32,000 nucleotides of DNA, taken from the NCBI GenBank assembly GCA_016700015.1, contig CP064995.1, forward strand, positions 300,001-332,000, in the 5' to 3' direction. This DNA comes from Candidatus Saccharimonadota bacterium. GTDB lineage: Bacteria; Patescibacteriota; Saccharimonadia; Saccharimonadales; Saccharimonadaceae. Below the pieces are notes generated by a model. That model searched no databases, had not been told where the DNA came from, and was given only the letters and a program-made list of their open reading frames with translations. Both the position numbers and the translations under genes were made by a program. This document shows, piece by piece, positions 1-8,585 of this stretch (the first letter of the stretch is position 1; every line of letters begins with the position of its first letter).

Positions 1-301
1 GGCCAGGGCCAAGCTCGGTGATCAATTCGGATGGCGTACAGACAGTAGTGTCTATCACGGCCAGGTATGAAGCTGCGCCCATCGGGCGATGCTTGAATAA
101 GTCGTAGGACGCGGGGCGCACCACATACCGACCATCAGATTGCAAAGCAACCTGTTCCGTAAGGGCAGCCAAAAAAGGCTCCCATGCGCGACGGCGAGAG
201 ATAAAGGCAGACAAATCCCTGGGGACCTCCCAGCCGGCGACGATAGCCGCGGCGTACCCAATAGCAAACGTATTGGCAAATGCAAACGAGCTTCCGTTCA
301 T
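1..301 (-). CDS. hypothetical protein, N-terminal part only (ORF runs off the left edge)
   Basis: Complement ATG at 301..299 is preceded by GAGAAAGGGA (SD-like) and by the promoter at 341..369. The frame stays open for all 100 codons to position 1 (MNGSSFAFANTFAIGYAAAIVAGWEV...). It is absent from the ORF track because no stop lies in the window. Confidence 0.6.
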   Translation of the reverse strand, partial: MNGSSFAFANTFAIGYAAAIVAGWEVPRDLSAFISRRRAWEPFLAALTEQVALQSDGRYVVRPASYDLFKHRPMGAASYLAVIDTTVCTPSELITELGPG

Positions 302-340
302 TTCGAATCCCTTTCTCGGGTTCCAACAGATTATGTACAT

Positions 341-369
341 ATTTTAATACTTTTTATTTATACTGTCAA
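341..369 (-). promoter_or_regulatory. sigma70-type promoter TTGACA-N17-TAAAAT
   Basis: On the minus strand, TTGACA is the complement of 364..369 and TAAAAT the complement of 341..346, with a 17-nt spacer. It lies about 40 nt upstream of the ATG at 301. Confidence 0.6.
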
Positions 370-429
370 TAATTTAAACAAGGAAAGCACTTATTGGCAA
401 CGTACTAGCCCCTACGGCAGTGGCCATTG

Positions 430-458
430 TTGACAGTGCATGATATGTAGCGTACAGT
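430..458 (+). promoter_or_regulatory. sigma70-type promoter TTGACA-N17-TACAGT
   Basis: TTGACA at 430..435, a 17-nt spacer, then TACAGT at 453..458. The predicted TSS is near 465, downstream of the track ORF's ATG at 440, which favours the ATG at 491. Confidence 0.6.
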
Positions 459-490
459 ATGGTTATTCAATCGACAGGAAGGTGATTGGA

Positions 491-736
491 ATGGCCGAGT
501 TCTTTCAACTTGTGCGAACCGTGCCCGACTTCAGCACTGGAAGCGCTAAGGTGGTAAGTAGCGGTCCAGTTGTGCTCGCGGTTGGAACCCGGGAATACTG
601 TGAGCGGGAGCGGAGGATCTACGAGGCAGCAGATCGGGCGACTGCTGAGACGTTCTCTGGTACTATCACTGGAATCAGTGGTACGCTTGCACAGTATGAG
701 ATCTGCCCGATTCCGGTTCAGACCGAGCCGAAATAG
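491..736 (+). CDS. small hypothetical protein (81 aa)
   Basis: In-frame internal ATG of track ORF 440..736, preceded by AGGAAGGTGA. Followed by the strong terminator at 756..785. No recognisable motif. Confidence 0.55.
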   Translation: MAEFFQLVRTVPDFSTGSAKVVSSGPVVLAVGTREYCERERRIYEAADRATAETFSGTITGISGTLAQYEICPIPVQTEPK

Positions 737-755
737 TAAGTAAGCGACGAACACA

Positions 756-783
756 GCCCGCTCAGCAATGAGCGGGCATTTTA

Positions 784-785
<2 letters not shown>
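756..785 (+). terminator. rho-independent terminator
   Basis: 9-bp stem GCCCGCTCA / TGAGCGGGC (756..764 and 769..777), loop GCAA, then ATTTTATT. Confidence 0.8.
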
Positions 786-2034
<1,249 letters not shown>

Positions 2035-2036
2035 TT

Positions 2037-2045
2037 AGTATACCA
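2037..2045 (-). promoter_or_regulatory. extended -10 promoter (TGgTATACT) for leaderless tgt
   Basis: The complement of 2037..2045 reads TGGTATACT. Only 8 nt separate it from the tgt ATG (2028) and there is no SD. Confidence 0.55.
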
Positions 2046-2048
2046 GAG

Positions 2049-2077
2049 TTGCCTATATGCAGAATACATGGTATTAT
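2049..2077 (+). promoter_or_regulatory. sigma70-type promoter TTGCCT-N17-TATTAT (TGn-extended)
   Basis: TTGCCT at 2049..2054 and TATTAT at 2072..2077, preceded by TGg. Upstream of the GAGGAG SD and the ATG at 2108. Confidence 0.55.
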
Positions 2078-2107
2078 TTGTTCGACTTGTACCTTCGACA
2101 GTGAGGA

Positions 2108-2446
2108 GTGAGCATGCTCAACAACATAAAGGTGTGGTCTCGAGCGCACGCTGAAAAGCTGGCCCTGGCACTAGTAGTAGGTTTTGCGCTCTACGGCGCA
2201 ATCAATACCTACACCGACGTGCAGGTGTGGCATCAGGACCCCCAGTGGCAGTCATTTTCGGACACCGCTGGTAGAGCGGTGTGGGGATTCTATCTGATGG
2301 TGTGGGTTGGTTATGTCGCCCCGCCGCTCCTGATAATGATGTTTCTGCTCGCAATTACCATGGTCGTCGTGGCCGTCGGTATCTTGCTTGAACCGCGAGG
2401 GCCGAAAGGCCGCGTGACGTCGACTTCGCCGATAGCGAAAGACTAA
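2108..2446 (+). CDS. small integral membrane protein (112 aa), unknown function
   Basis: GAGGAG SD lies 5 nt upstream of the ATG. Two long hydrophobic segments are present (LALALVVGFALYGAI, and VWGFYLMVWVGYVAPPLLIMMFLLAITMVVVAVGILL). Confidence 0.75.
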   Translation: MSMLNNIKVWSRAHAEKLALALVVGFALYGAINTYTDVQVWHQDPQWQSFSDTAGRAVWGFYLMVWVGYVAPPLLIMMFLLAITMVVVAVGILLEPRGPKGRVTSTSPIAKD

Positions 2447-2469
2447 GCTGTTGGCATATCACCAGCTCG

Positions 2470-2500
2470 CCCCTGTATTCAGTGATACAGGGGCATTTTA
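2470..2500 (+). terminator. rho-independent terminator
   Basis: 9-bp stem CCCCTGTAT / ATACAGGGG (2470..2478 and 2485..2493) followed by CATTTTAT. Confidence 0.8.
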
Positions 2501-2514
2501 TACGCTTCTCATTA

Positions 2515-2543
2515 TTGACAAATAATGTAAAGTATGATACAAT
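2515..2543 (+). promoter_or_regulatory. sigma70-type promoter TTGACA-N17-TACAAT
   Basis: TTGACA at 2515..2520 and TACAAT at 2538..2543. The ATG at 2550 is only 6 nt downstream, giving a leaderless geometry. Confidence 0.65.
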
Positions 2544-2549
2544 AAAAGA

Positions 2550-3440
2550 ATGAAAGCAATTGACTCATGCACACATGATTTCTATTACGATAATCGTGCG
2601 GTTAATGAGGCTCAAGCCCTTAGCAAAGAGATGGCCGATTACTATGAATACCTTCGGTATACGGCGCAGCCTGACGAAATTCACCTTACACTCACCGGTA
2701 TCGACGGGCTTACGGTGGTTGATGAACAGACAAACACGCTTGTTAACGCAACAATACGTCAACTGCGCGCAGAGTATGCTGCCGACGGTACGCTTAGCTG
2801 TGTTGTGGTGATGCAAATGAACGAGAGTCTGTATGTTTATCGTCATAGCCCCGAAAAGGGCTGGACGCTGAATGGTGATGCCGGTGAGGACGAGGAAGCG
2901 CGGTTGACTCATGCTGATGTTGTGGGAGAACTCGCACGCTGGATCGATACGGATCGATGGCCAAAAGAAGCGCGCCACTACCTCGACAGAACAGAGCTCG
3001 ATGCAAAGGAGCTAGTCTGCTTTATCGAAGACGTCCTATTACCACAGGCAACACGGTTCAGGAAAGAATTGATCTACACCGCATCGGACTATGGAGCTTT
3101 GTCGTCGACGCTTTGTGGCGACACGCGGGTGTGTCTGCGTTCCGTGACCGAAGGCCGGGTTCGCACTGGTGAGCCACAGGCAGACGAAGACTATGTGTAT
3201 CTTGCCGTCGAGCAGCCCGCGCTGGAAAATGGTACGCCCGCTCAGGTGACGCAGGCGATTGTAAAAAGTGCGTTTGGCACTACATCAACTGAGTCGATTG
3301 TAGATGACGGCAGTGGTCGGCGCGTACAGCATATCGACCAACCAGACGCCTATTTTCTTACCATGAAGACAGGGTTGGGCGTGCTTCAGACACAAAAAAC
3401 CATCGACACAATCCTCACAGGAGGCTCACTAAATGAGTAA
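2550..3440 (+). CDS. hypothetical protein (296 aa), acidic, no recognised domain
   Basis: Long ORF with its own promoter. Its stop overlaps the start of the downstream GNAT gene (ATGAGTAA). Confidence 0.75.
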   Translation: MKAIDSCTHDFYYDNRAVNEAQALSKEMADYYEYLRYTAQPDEIHLTLTGIDGLTVVDEQTNTLVNATIRQLRAEYAADGTLSCVVVMQMNESLYVYRHSPEKGWTLNGDAGEDEEARLTHADVVGELARWIDTDRWPKEARHYLDRTELDAKELVCFIEDVLLPQATRFRKELIYTASDYGALSSTLCGDTRVCLRSVTEGRVRTGEPQADEDYVYLAVEQPALENGTPAQVTQAIVKSAFGTTSTESIVDDGSGRRVQHIDQPDAYFLTMKTGLGVLQTQKTIDTILTGGSLNE

Positions 3441-3912
3441 GAGTCCTGAAGTAACAGATCTGACGATCAGCCGTGTGGCGGTCGAAAGTGATAATGTTTA
3501 TGATGACCCACGGTTTACCGAACTAGCTCGGCTGTATGCACAGCTCCTTGATGCCTCATGGGACAAGACTAGTCTACCGCCTGAAGGTGAAGTCACATCG
3601 GTACTGCAAATGATGCGAGAATGCACCGATACCTTTGCTATAGAAGACCAGGGGATTGTACAGGGTGTCGCGGTAGTAGGCATAAATGAGACAACCTGGC
3701 TTGAGGTGCTAGTGGTCGACGCCGCAAGGCGTGACCAAGGAATTGGGCAGCGCGCACTGGTACTAATAGAGGAAGTCGTACGCGCGCAAGGCGCAAAAAG
3801 GATATTGCTGAGCCCTACACTTCGTGCGATACCTTTCTACGAACGAGCAGGGTACGGACCTATCGATGATTTAGATTGCTCGCTCATTTATCACAAAATA
3901 CTTGACGAGTGA
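3433..3912 (+). CDS. GNAT-family N-acetyltransferase
   Basis: AGGAGG SD lies 8 nt upstream. Acetyl-CoA binding motif A is present (VVDAARRDQGIGQRAL, then FYERAGY). Confidence 0.8.
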   Translation: MSKSPEVTDLTISRVAVESDNVYDDPRFTELARLYAQLLDASWDKTSLPPEGEVTSVLQMMRECTDTFAIEDQGIVQGVAVVGINETTWLEVLVVDAARRDQGIGQRALVLIEEVVRAQGAKRILLSPTLRAIPFYERAGYGPIDDLDCSLIYHKILDE

Positions 3913-4949
3913 TCGGTGTCGTCGATAATCAACATACTGTCGCCATAACTAAAGAAGCGATATTTTTCGGCTACGGCGTGTTCGTAGGCAGGTTTAAGCT
4001 TGTCCCAGCCAGCAAACGCTGCGGTAAGCATAAGTACGGTACTATCGGGCATATGAAAATTAGTCAGCAACCCGTCGATGACTTTAAATTTGTAGCCAGG
4101 GTACATGAAGATATCGGCTTCGCCAGATATGGCGACCGCGGGGCCGTGCAACATAGCCTCGTGCGCGTACTCAAGCGTACGTGTGACGGTAGTACCAAGC
4201 GCAATGACACGGTTGCTGGACTGTTTGGCGTGCTGAATGGCGGCAATTGTGGCGGCAGGTACTTCGAAGTATTCTTTGTGCATGGTGTGATCGGTAAGGT
4301 TGTCAACACGAATTGGCAAAAAAGTGCCGAGCCCGACGTGGAGCGTGGCGTATACTACCTCAACTCCCTTGTCGCGGAGTTTTTGTAGTGTCGTTTCGGT
4401 CATGTTGAGACTGGCGGTAGGGGCAGCCACACTACCTTGTTCGCGGGCGAATACTGTTTGGTAACGCTCGATGTCAGCTGTGGTGGCATCACGACGCATA
4501 TAGGGTGGCAGAGGTACTGAACCATGAGCTTCGGCAATTTCCAAGAGGTCACGCTCGCTTTCGATGATCGCCATACCGTCACCTAGTAATTCCTTGACAA
4601 GAAGTTTATTGTCGCCGACTAGTAGCGTGTCACCTGGCTTGAGCTTGCGGCGATAGATCACTTTGTGGGTGTGCCAGTCGTCGATACGACCGTGTTTCTC
4701 TACGAGCACCAGCTCGCGCTCGCCGCCGCTTGGCTTGTGAGCAATGAGCCGCGCTTTGATGACCTTTGTGTCATTGATCACTAGTACGTCGCCAGCATTA
4801 AGGTAATCTACTATATCACCATAGAGTCTATCACTGACTGCGCCAGTCGTGCGATCAAGCACAAGTAACCGTGCTTCGCCGCGAACTTTTGGGGGTGCGG
4901 TAGCAATAAGTTTTTCGGGGATGTGGTAATGAAAATCACTGACTCGCAT
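3891..4949 (-). CDS. queA: S-adenosylmethionine:tRNA ribosyltransferase-isomerase
   Basis: This is the internal Met of track ORF 3891..5573. From MRVSDFHYHIPEKLIA onward it is typical QueA (LPPYM, ERYQTVFA, GSVAAPTASLNMT, HVGLGTF, YRFFSYGD). The upstream 208 codons are antisense to nusA and its promoter. Confidence 0.93.
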   Translation of the reverse strand: MRVSDFHYHIPEKLIATAPPKVRGEARLLVLDRTTGAVSDRLYGDIVDYLNAGDVLVINDTKVIKARLIAHKPSGGERELVLVEKHGRIDDWHTHKVIYRRKLKPGDTLLVGDNKLLVKELLGDGMAIIESERDLLEIAEAHGSVPLPPYMRRDATTADIERYQTVFAREQGSVAAPTASLNMTETTLQKLRDKGVEVVYATLHVGLGTFLPIRVDNLTDHTMHKEYFEVPAATIAAIQHAKQSSNRVIALGTTVTRTLEYAHEAMLHGPAVAISGEADIFMYPGYKFKVIDGLLTNFHMPDSTVLMLTAAFAGWDKLKPAYEHAVAEKYRFFSYGDSMLIIDDTDHSSSIL

Positions 4950-4973
4950 AACTGCACCAGTATAGCGTATTTC

Positions 4974-5002
4974 TTGACACCGGCCCATAGGTTTGCTACT
5001 AT
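4974..5002 (+). promoter_or_regulatory. sigma70-type promoter TTGACA-N17-TACTAT
   Basis: TTGACA at 4974..4979 and TACTAT at 4997..5002, upstream of the nusA SD (AAAGAAAGGA). Confidence 0.65.
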
Positions 5003-5069
5003 ACGTAGGTACACATCCGGCCGGCAGGTCGGATATTTTCGTAGAAATTCTAAAGAAAGGATACTCGCT

Positions 5070-6191
5070 ATGGAAGATCTCAACATTAAACAACTCACTC
5101 TTGCAGTGCGCACCATTGCCGAAGAAAAAAACTTGCCCGAAGAAACTGTGCTCAGCGTTATTGAGCAGGCGATTGCCGCTGCATGGCGTCGCGACAATGG
5201 CGAACGCGACCAAGAAGTTCGCGCTGAGCTCAATATCAACGACGGTACAGCGAAAGTATTTGTTGCTCGAGAAGTTGTAGAAGCTGTCGGTATCGACGCC
5301 CTCGAAATCAGCCTTGACGATGCAAAAAAGCTGAAGAAGGATGCTGCACTTGGCGATACCGTCGAAGAAATGCATGAAGTGACGCAGTTTGGTCGTGTAG
5401 CCGCACAAACTGCTAAACAGGTGGTACTCCAGCGTCTGCGCGAAGCAGAGCGTGAAGTGGTGCTGGCCGAGTTTGAAGACAAGATCGGCACTGTGGTCAA
5501 TGGTGTTGTGCAGCGTGTTGAACCGCGCGTAGTCCGAGTAGAACTGGGCAAGGCAATTGGTATTTTGCCGCAAAGTGAGCAGATCCAGGGTGAATTCTAC
5601 AGTGTGGGTAGCCGCATGAAAGTGTTTATCAAGGACATCGAGCGCGATAACCGTGGGCCACAGCTTATACTGAGCCGCGGCAATGAAGCGTTTGTTGAGT
5701 ACTTATTCCGCCAAGAAGTACCCGAAATGGATACTGGTGCGGTCGAAATCAAGGGCATTGCCCGTGAGGCTGGTCGCCGTACTAAATTGGCTGTAGCCAG
5801 CACCGTACCCGGTGTCGACCCGGTCGGTACCTTTGTTGGTGGTCATGGGACGCGTGTCAACGCTGTCATGCACGAAATCGGTGAGCAGGAAAAAATTGAC
5901 ATCATTACCTACGACGAAAACATCGATAGTTACATTCGTAACGCTTTGAGCCCTGCCGAAGTGGTGAAGGTCGAGATCGACAAAGAAGCGAAGCGCGCTA
6001 AGGTATTTGTGAGCGAAGACCAGCAAAGTATTGCCATTGGCCGTGGCGGCCAAAATGTACGCCTAGCGGCGCGCCTTACTGGCTACGAACTTGACATCGA
6101 AACAGCTGTCGCCGCTAAGCCTGCCGACAAAAAGCCGAAGAAGAATATTGAAGACGGGTTGTTTGCCGCTATTGAAGAACAGGGAGAATAA
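5070..6191 (+). CDS. nusA: transcription termination/antitermination factor NusA
   Basis: Met50 of track ORF 4923..6191. It has the NusA N-terminus (LTLAVRTIAEEKNLPEE), an S1 domain (GTVVNGVVQRVEPRVVRVELG) and two KH motifs (VGGHGTRV, IGRGGQNVRLAARLTG). Confidence 0.93.
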   Translation: MEDLNIKQLTLAVRTIAEEKNLPEETVLSVIEQAIAAAWRRDNGERDQEVRAELNINDGTAKVFVAREVVEAVGIDALEISLDDAKKLKKDAALGDTVEEMHEVTQFGRVAAQTAKQVVLQRLREAEREVVLAEFEDKIGTVVNGVVQRVEPRVVRVELGKAIGILPQSEQIQGEFYSVGSRMKVFIKDIERDNRGPQLILSRGNEAFVEYLFRQEVPEMDTGAVEIKGIAREAGRRTKLAVASTVPGVDPVGTFVGGHGTRVNAVMHEIGEQEKIDIITYDENIDSYIRNALSPAEVVKVEIDKEAKRAKVFVSEDQQSIAIGRGGQNVRLAARLTGYELDIETAVAAKPADKKPKKNIEDGLFAAIEEQGE

Positions 6192-6205
6192 GTACTAACG
6201 AAGAG

Positions 6206-6251
6206 CGCCCCGCACCACCTGGCTCCCGTAGGAGCTGGTAAGTGCGGGGCG
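6206..6251 (-). terminator. long GC-rich hairpin downstream of the cassette-1 ORF
   Basis: CGCCCCGCAC (6206..6215) pairs with GTGCGGGGCG (6242..6251). An inner GCTCC/GGAGC helix lies between them. The hairpin sits 18 nt after the minus-strand stop, followed by only a weak T-rich tail (CTCTTCGTT). Confidence 0.55.
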
Positions 6252-6268
6252 ATCCCCAGAGCGAGAGG

Positions 6269-6556
6269 TCAGGCGGCGGTGTTGAGTCGCACGTAGACCT
6301 CTGCGCCGATTCCGACGTCGTGGAAGGCGTCGGCCTCCCGGGCGGCCGCGGCGAGTCGCTTCTCCGCCTGCTCGAGCTTGTCGAGCAGGGCGTCGACGAC
6401 CTTGTCGCCGCGCCCGGCGTGGGTGGCCCGGGCGACGGCGCTGGCGGCCGCGTCGACGGCGCGCTGGGCGGTCGCGACGTCGGCCTGGAGCTGGTTCCAC
6501 CGGGTCAGGTTGTTCTTGGCCTTGTCGATGGTCGGCATCGAAACGGGGTACGACAT
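6269..6556 (-). CDS. orphan high-GC protein, 95 aa, Ala-rich and predicted helical (cassette 1)
   Basis: Met31 of track ORF 6269..6646, preceded by AAAGAGG-N6. By my count 90 of 95 codons end in G or C. The other frames give Arg-rich or Gly/Val-rich shadow ORFs. Sample line 6361..6420 is 43/60 G+C, against 29/60 for a nusA line. Confidence 0.7.
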   Translation of the reverse strand: MSYPVSMPTIDKAKNNLTRWNQLQADVATAQRAVDAAASAVARATHAGRGDKVVDALLDKLEQAEKRLAAAAREADAFHDVGIGAEVYVRLNTAA

Positions 6557-6617
6557 TGGGTGCCTCTTTCTCTGGGGTGCATACTGCTCGGCAAGTCGCC
6601 TCGCAGCTTCAGTATTC

Positions 6618-6646
6618 ATTATAGCACAACCACAATAAAATGTCAA
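6618..6646 (-). promoter_or_regulatory. perfect TTGACA-N17-TATAAT promoter, with -35 formed at the IS junction
   Basis: On the minus strand, TTGACA is the complement of 6641..6646 and TATAAT the complement of 6618..6623, with a 17-nt spacer. Bases 6643..6646 of the -35 box belong to the IS terminal repeat. Confidence 0.65.
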
Positions 6647-7641
6647 TAGCTACGTAATGGTTCACACCCTTGGCAACAAAAAGCAGGCCTCTCTACACTA
6701 GATAGCGTCAACTAATCTATGTAAGGAGAGCCTGCTATGAGCTATTCTAGCAGCCCCTATGCACCCCGTGCCAGACGAGACGCCGTCAACCGGGTGCTCC
6801 GCGGGGAGACACGAGTGGCAGTAGCGCGTAGTGTGGGTGTCCACCCTTCCACCATTGGTAAGTGGATGTGCAAACGAACAGCACTGCACTTAGATGGTCG
6901 TGAGTGTATCCCTACACTTCCATCCATTGCCCATACCCACCCTAACCAACTACAACCAGAGGTTGTGGCTGCCATTATTCACGAACGCGAACGGAGCGGA
7001 AGATGCGCTGAGCTCGTCTGGTATGAACTGCGCGACCAAGGTATTGCAGTGAGCCTCTCTAGCGTCAAACGGACCTTACGTCGTCATGGTCTCACACGCA
7101 TTCAAAGCAAATGGAAACGGTACCGCCCACCTGTCCCGCGCCCCGAACCAGACACACCAGGCGCGCTTGTGCAGATGGATACCATCCATTTTATGCGACC
7201 AGATATGACGCGCTTCTACGTATTTACCCTCATCGATCTCTATTCCCGAGCGGTATATGCCGAGTATGCTCCTCGCTGCACGCAGCAAGCGAGTCTTGAG
7301 GTTGTTGCAAGGGCACAAGACTATCTCGGAATACCTTTTGCCATAGTACAGACCGACAACGGCGGTGAGTTTGCGGAAGCATTCCGTGCGCAACTCAGCA
7401 TGTGGGGTATTGTGGTGCGACACACTCGGTTGCAGCGCCCTAACGACAATGCGCACATTGAGCGGTTTAACCGCACAATCCAGGACGAATGCCTTTCGCC
7501 ATTCGTCGATGAACAAACCGTACCAGGCAAAGTAGCTTGGTATCTTATCTACTACAACTGGCACCGAAGACATCTTGGCATACATGGCAAGTTACCCGGG
7601 CAGATGTTGCCATGGCGCTGAACCTAGTACGTAGCTATTGA
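6643..7641 (+). mobile_element. IS481-family-like insertion sequence (999 bp)
   Basis: Perfect 14-bp terminal inverted repeats: TCAATAGCTACGTA at 6643..6656 and TACGTAGCTATTGA at 7628..7641. Further imperfect matching extends inward to GGTTC/GAACC. They bracket a single DDE transposase ORF. Confidence 0.85.
6737..7621 (+). CDS. DDE transposase (integrase-core/rve fold, IS481-like single ORF)
   Basis: AAGGAG SD. N-terminal HTH (VAVARSVGVHPSTIGKW). Catalytic triad contexts are VQMDTIHF, VQTDNGGEF and NAHIERFNRTIQDE. Confidence 0.9.
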   Translation: MSYSSSPYAPRARRDAVNRVLRGETRVAVARSVGVHPSTIGKWMCKRTALHLDGRECIPTLPSIAHTHPNQLQPEVVAAIIHERERSGRCAELVWYELRDQGIAVSLSSVKRTLRRHGLTRIQSKWKRYRPPVPRPEPDTPGALVQMDTIHFMRPDMTRFYVFTLIDLYSRAVYAEYAPRCTQQASLEVVARAQDYLGIPFAIVQTDNGGEFAEAFRAQLSMWGIVVRHTRLQRPNDNAHIERFNRTIQDECLSPFVDEQTVPGKVAWYLIYYNWHRRHLGIHGKLPGQMLPWR

Positions 7642-7703
7642 AATAATCTACTAAGTTCTACCTTAGAGGCTACGAAAGGAACAACAGGGTACACGTTGAG
7701 AGT

Positions 7704-8465
7704 TTACTTAGCGAAGTATTCTTCCCAAAAATCAAGATCAACGTAGTACTGATGCGGATCGGTTTTATTGATATATACCCTTGCCGGAGTGCCTACCTGA
7801 AGCCATTTATAATATGACCAAACTTTATCAGATGAGTACCGATCGAGCATGCCATCTTTTGACACGGTTGGCGCTACATGTATCGTTGTGAATACCGTGC
7901 CTTTGCCCACGTGACCGATTGTCGTGCCAACAACTGTTGCTTCGATCGCAGTACCGTTAGCGATGAGCTGTGAAATAGCGCGCGTACGTAACATGTTTTT
8001 GCGCCACGCAATGAAGCCGCCAATGATAACGCTAACACCAAAGATGAACGAAAAAACTAGTAGCAAAATATATAGCGGAAGAGCGATTTCGGGTGAGTAG
8101 CCTAGCTGTGGATTTGAGGGGTCGTAAAGCACAGTGTGGGATTTACCAATCTCTGCCTCATCGTTTCTCCGGTGTGAAGTGCTGTGCGTGAGTATGGAGT
8201 AGACTATGTCATTAACCTTGTACTCGCAAATGTAGCCACCGACAACCTGGGGGTTATATGCGTATTCAGTGACATGGCAAGTAGCTTGTGGCCACGTAAG
8301 GTGTTGTGGGCGAGGTTCCTGAGAAAAGGTAATCCATAGCAATAGACCTGCACTGACAAGAAACGTCGCTAGCCAAACCGCGCCGAATTGTTTGCGGGGC
8401 ATGACGTAAGGATTGCGTGATAGGTATTTTAGTAAGGTATGCATAACCATAGTAAATCCTAACAC
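7704..8465 (-). CDS. membrane protein, DUF3592-like architecture (two TM segments each followed by a beta-rich module)
   Basis: 253-aa ORF with a GTG start after GGAGG. TM segments are AVWLATFLVSAGLLLWITF and LPLYILLLVFSFIFGVSVIIGGFIAW. The family call rests on architecture only. Confidence 0.7.
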   Translation of the reverse strand: MLGFTMVMHTLLKYLSRNPYVMPRKQFGAVWLATFLVSAGLLLWITFSQEPRPQHLTWPQATCHVTEYAYNPQVVGGYICEYKVNDIVYSILTHSTSHRRNDEAEIGKSHTVLYDPSNPQLGYSPEIALPLYILLLVFSFIFGVSVIIGGFIAWRKNMLRTRAISQLIANGTAIEATVVGTTIGHVGKGTVFTTIHVAPTVSKDGMLDRYSSDKVWSYYKWLQVGTPARVYINKTDPHQYYVDLDFWEEYFAK

Positions 8466-8516
8466 ATACCTCCAGTCAGATACAATAAAGACCGATCAGA
8501 TGACTAGCACTCTCAC

Positions 8517-8545
8517 TTGACGAGTGCCAACATGCCCTGTATAAT
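8517..8545 (+). promoter_or_regulatory. sigma70-type promoter TTGACG-N17-TATAAT
   Basis: TTGACG at 8517..8522 and TATAAT at 8540..8545. It is followed by a 40-nt leader with a small GGGT/ACCC hairpin and an AGGAGGG SD. Confidence 0.65.
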
Positions 8546-8585
8546 CGAGCGTGTAAAGGGTGAAAAACCCTGACAGGAGGGCAGT

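Noticed and set aside
140-433. 97-aa plus-strand ORF and the minus-strand ORFs 55..285 and 135..326
   Set aside because: All overlap the better-supported minus-strand frame ending at ATG 301 (promoter plus SD, open to the window edge), or they run through the divergent promoter region.
2550-3912. GNAT toxin / antitoxin (TacT-like) pair
   Set aside because: The upstream partner is 296 aa and acidic. It is not a small RHH/DUF1778-type antitoxin, so gene sizes and order do not fit known GNAT toxin-antitoxin modules.
4923-5069. GTG 4923 as the nusA start
   Set aside because: It would start upstream of the nusA promoter and inside queA. The NusA N-terminus and SD fit ATG 5070.
4950-5573. N-terminal 208-codon extension of the queA ORF, and the antisense ORF 4811..5551
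   Set aside because: The extension is antisense to nusA and its promoter. The canonical QueA N-terminus (MRVSDFHY) starts at 4949.
6195-6500. 101-aa Arg-rich minus-strand ORF in cassette 1
   Set aside because: It is a shadow frame typical of high-GC DNA, with poly-Arg/Pro/Gly content. The G/C third-position bias supports frame 6269..6556 instead.
6242-6649. 135-aa plus-strand ORF in cassette 1
   Set aside because: It is antisense to the frame with the G/C third-position bias, has Gly/Val/Leu/Asp-rich antisense-type composition, and reads through the promoter region.
8466-8585. CtsR operator upstream of clpC
   Set aside because: No GGTCAAA-type direct repeat is present. There is only a promoter, a small hairpin and an SD.
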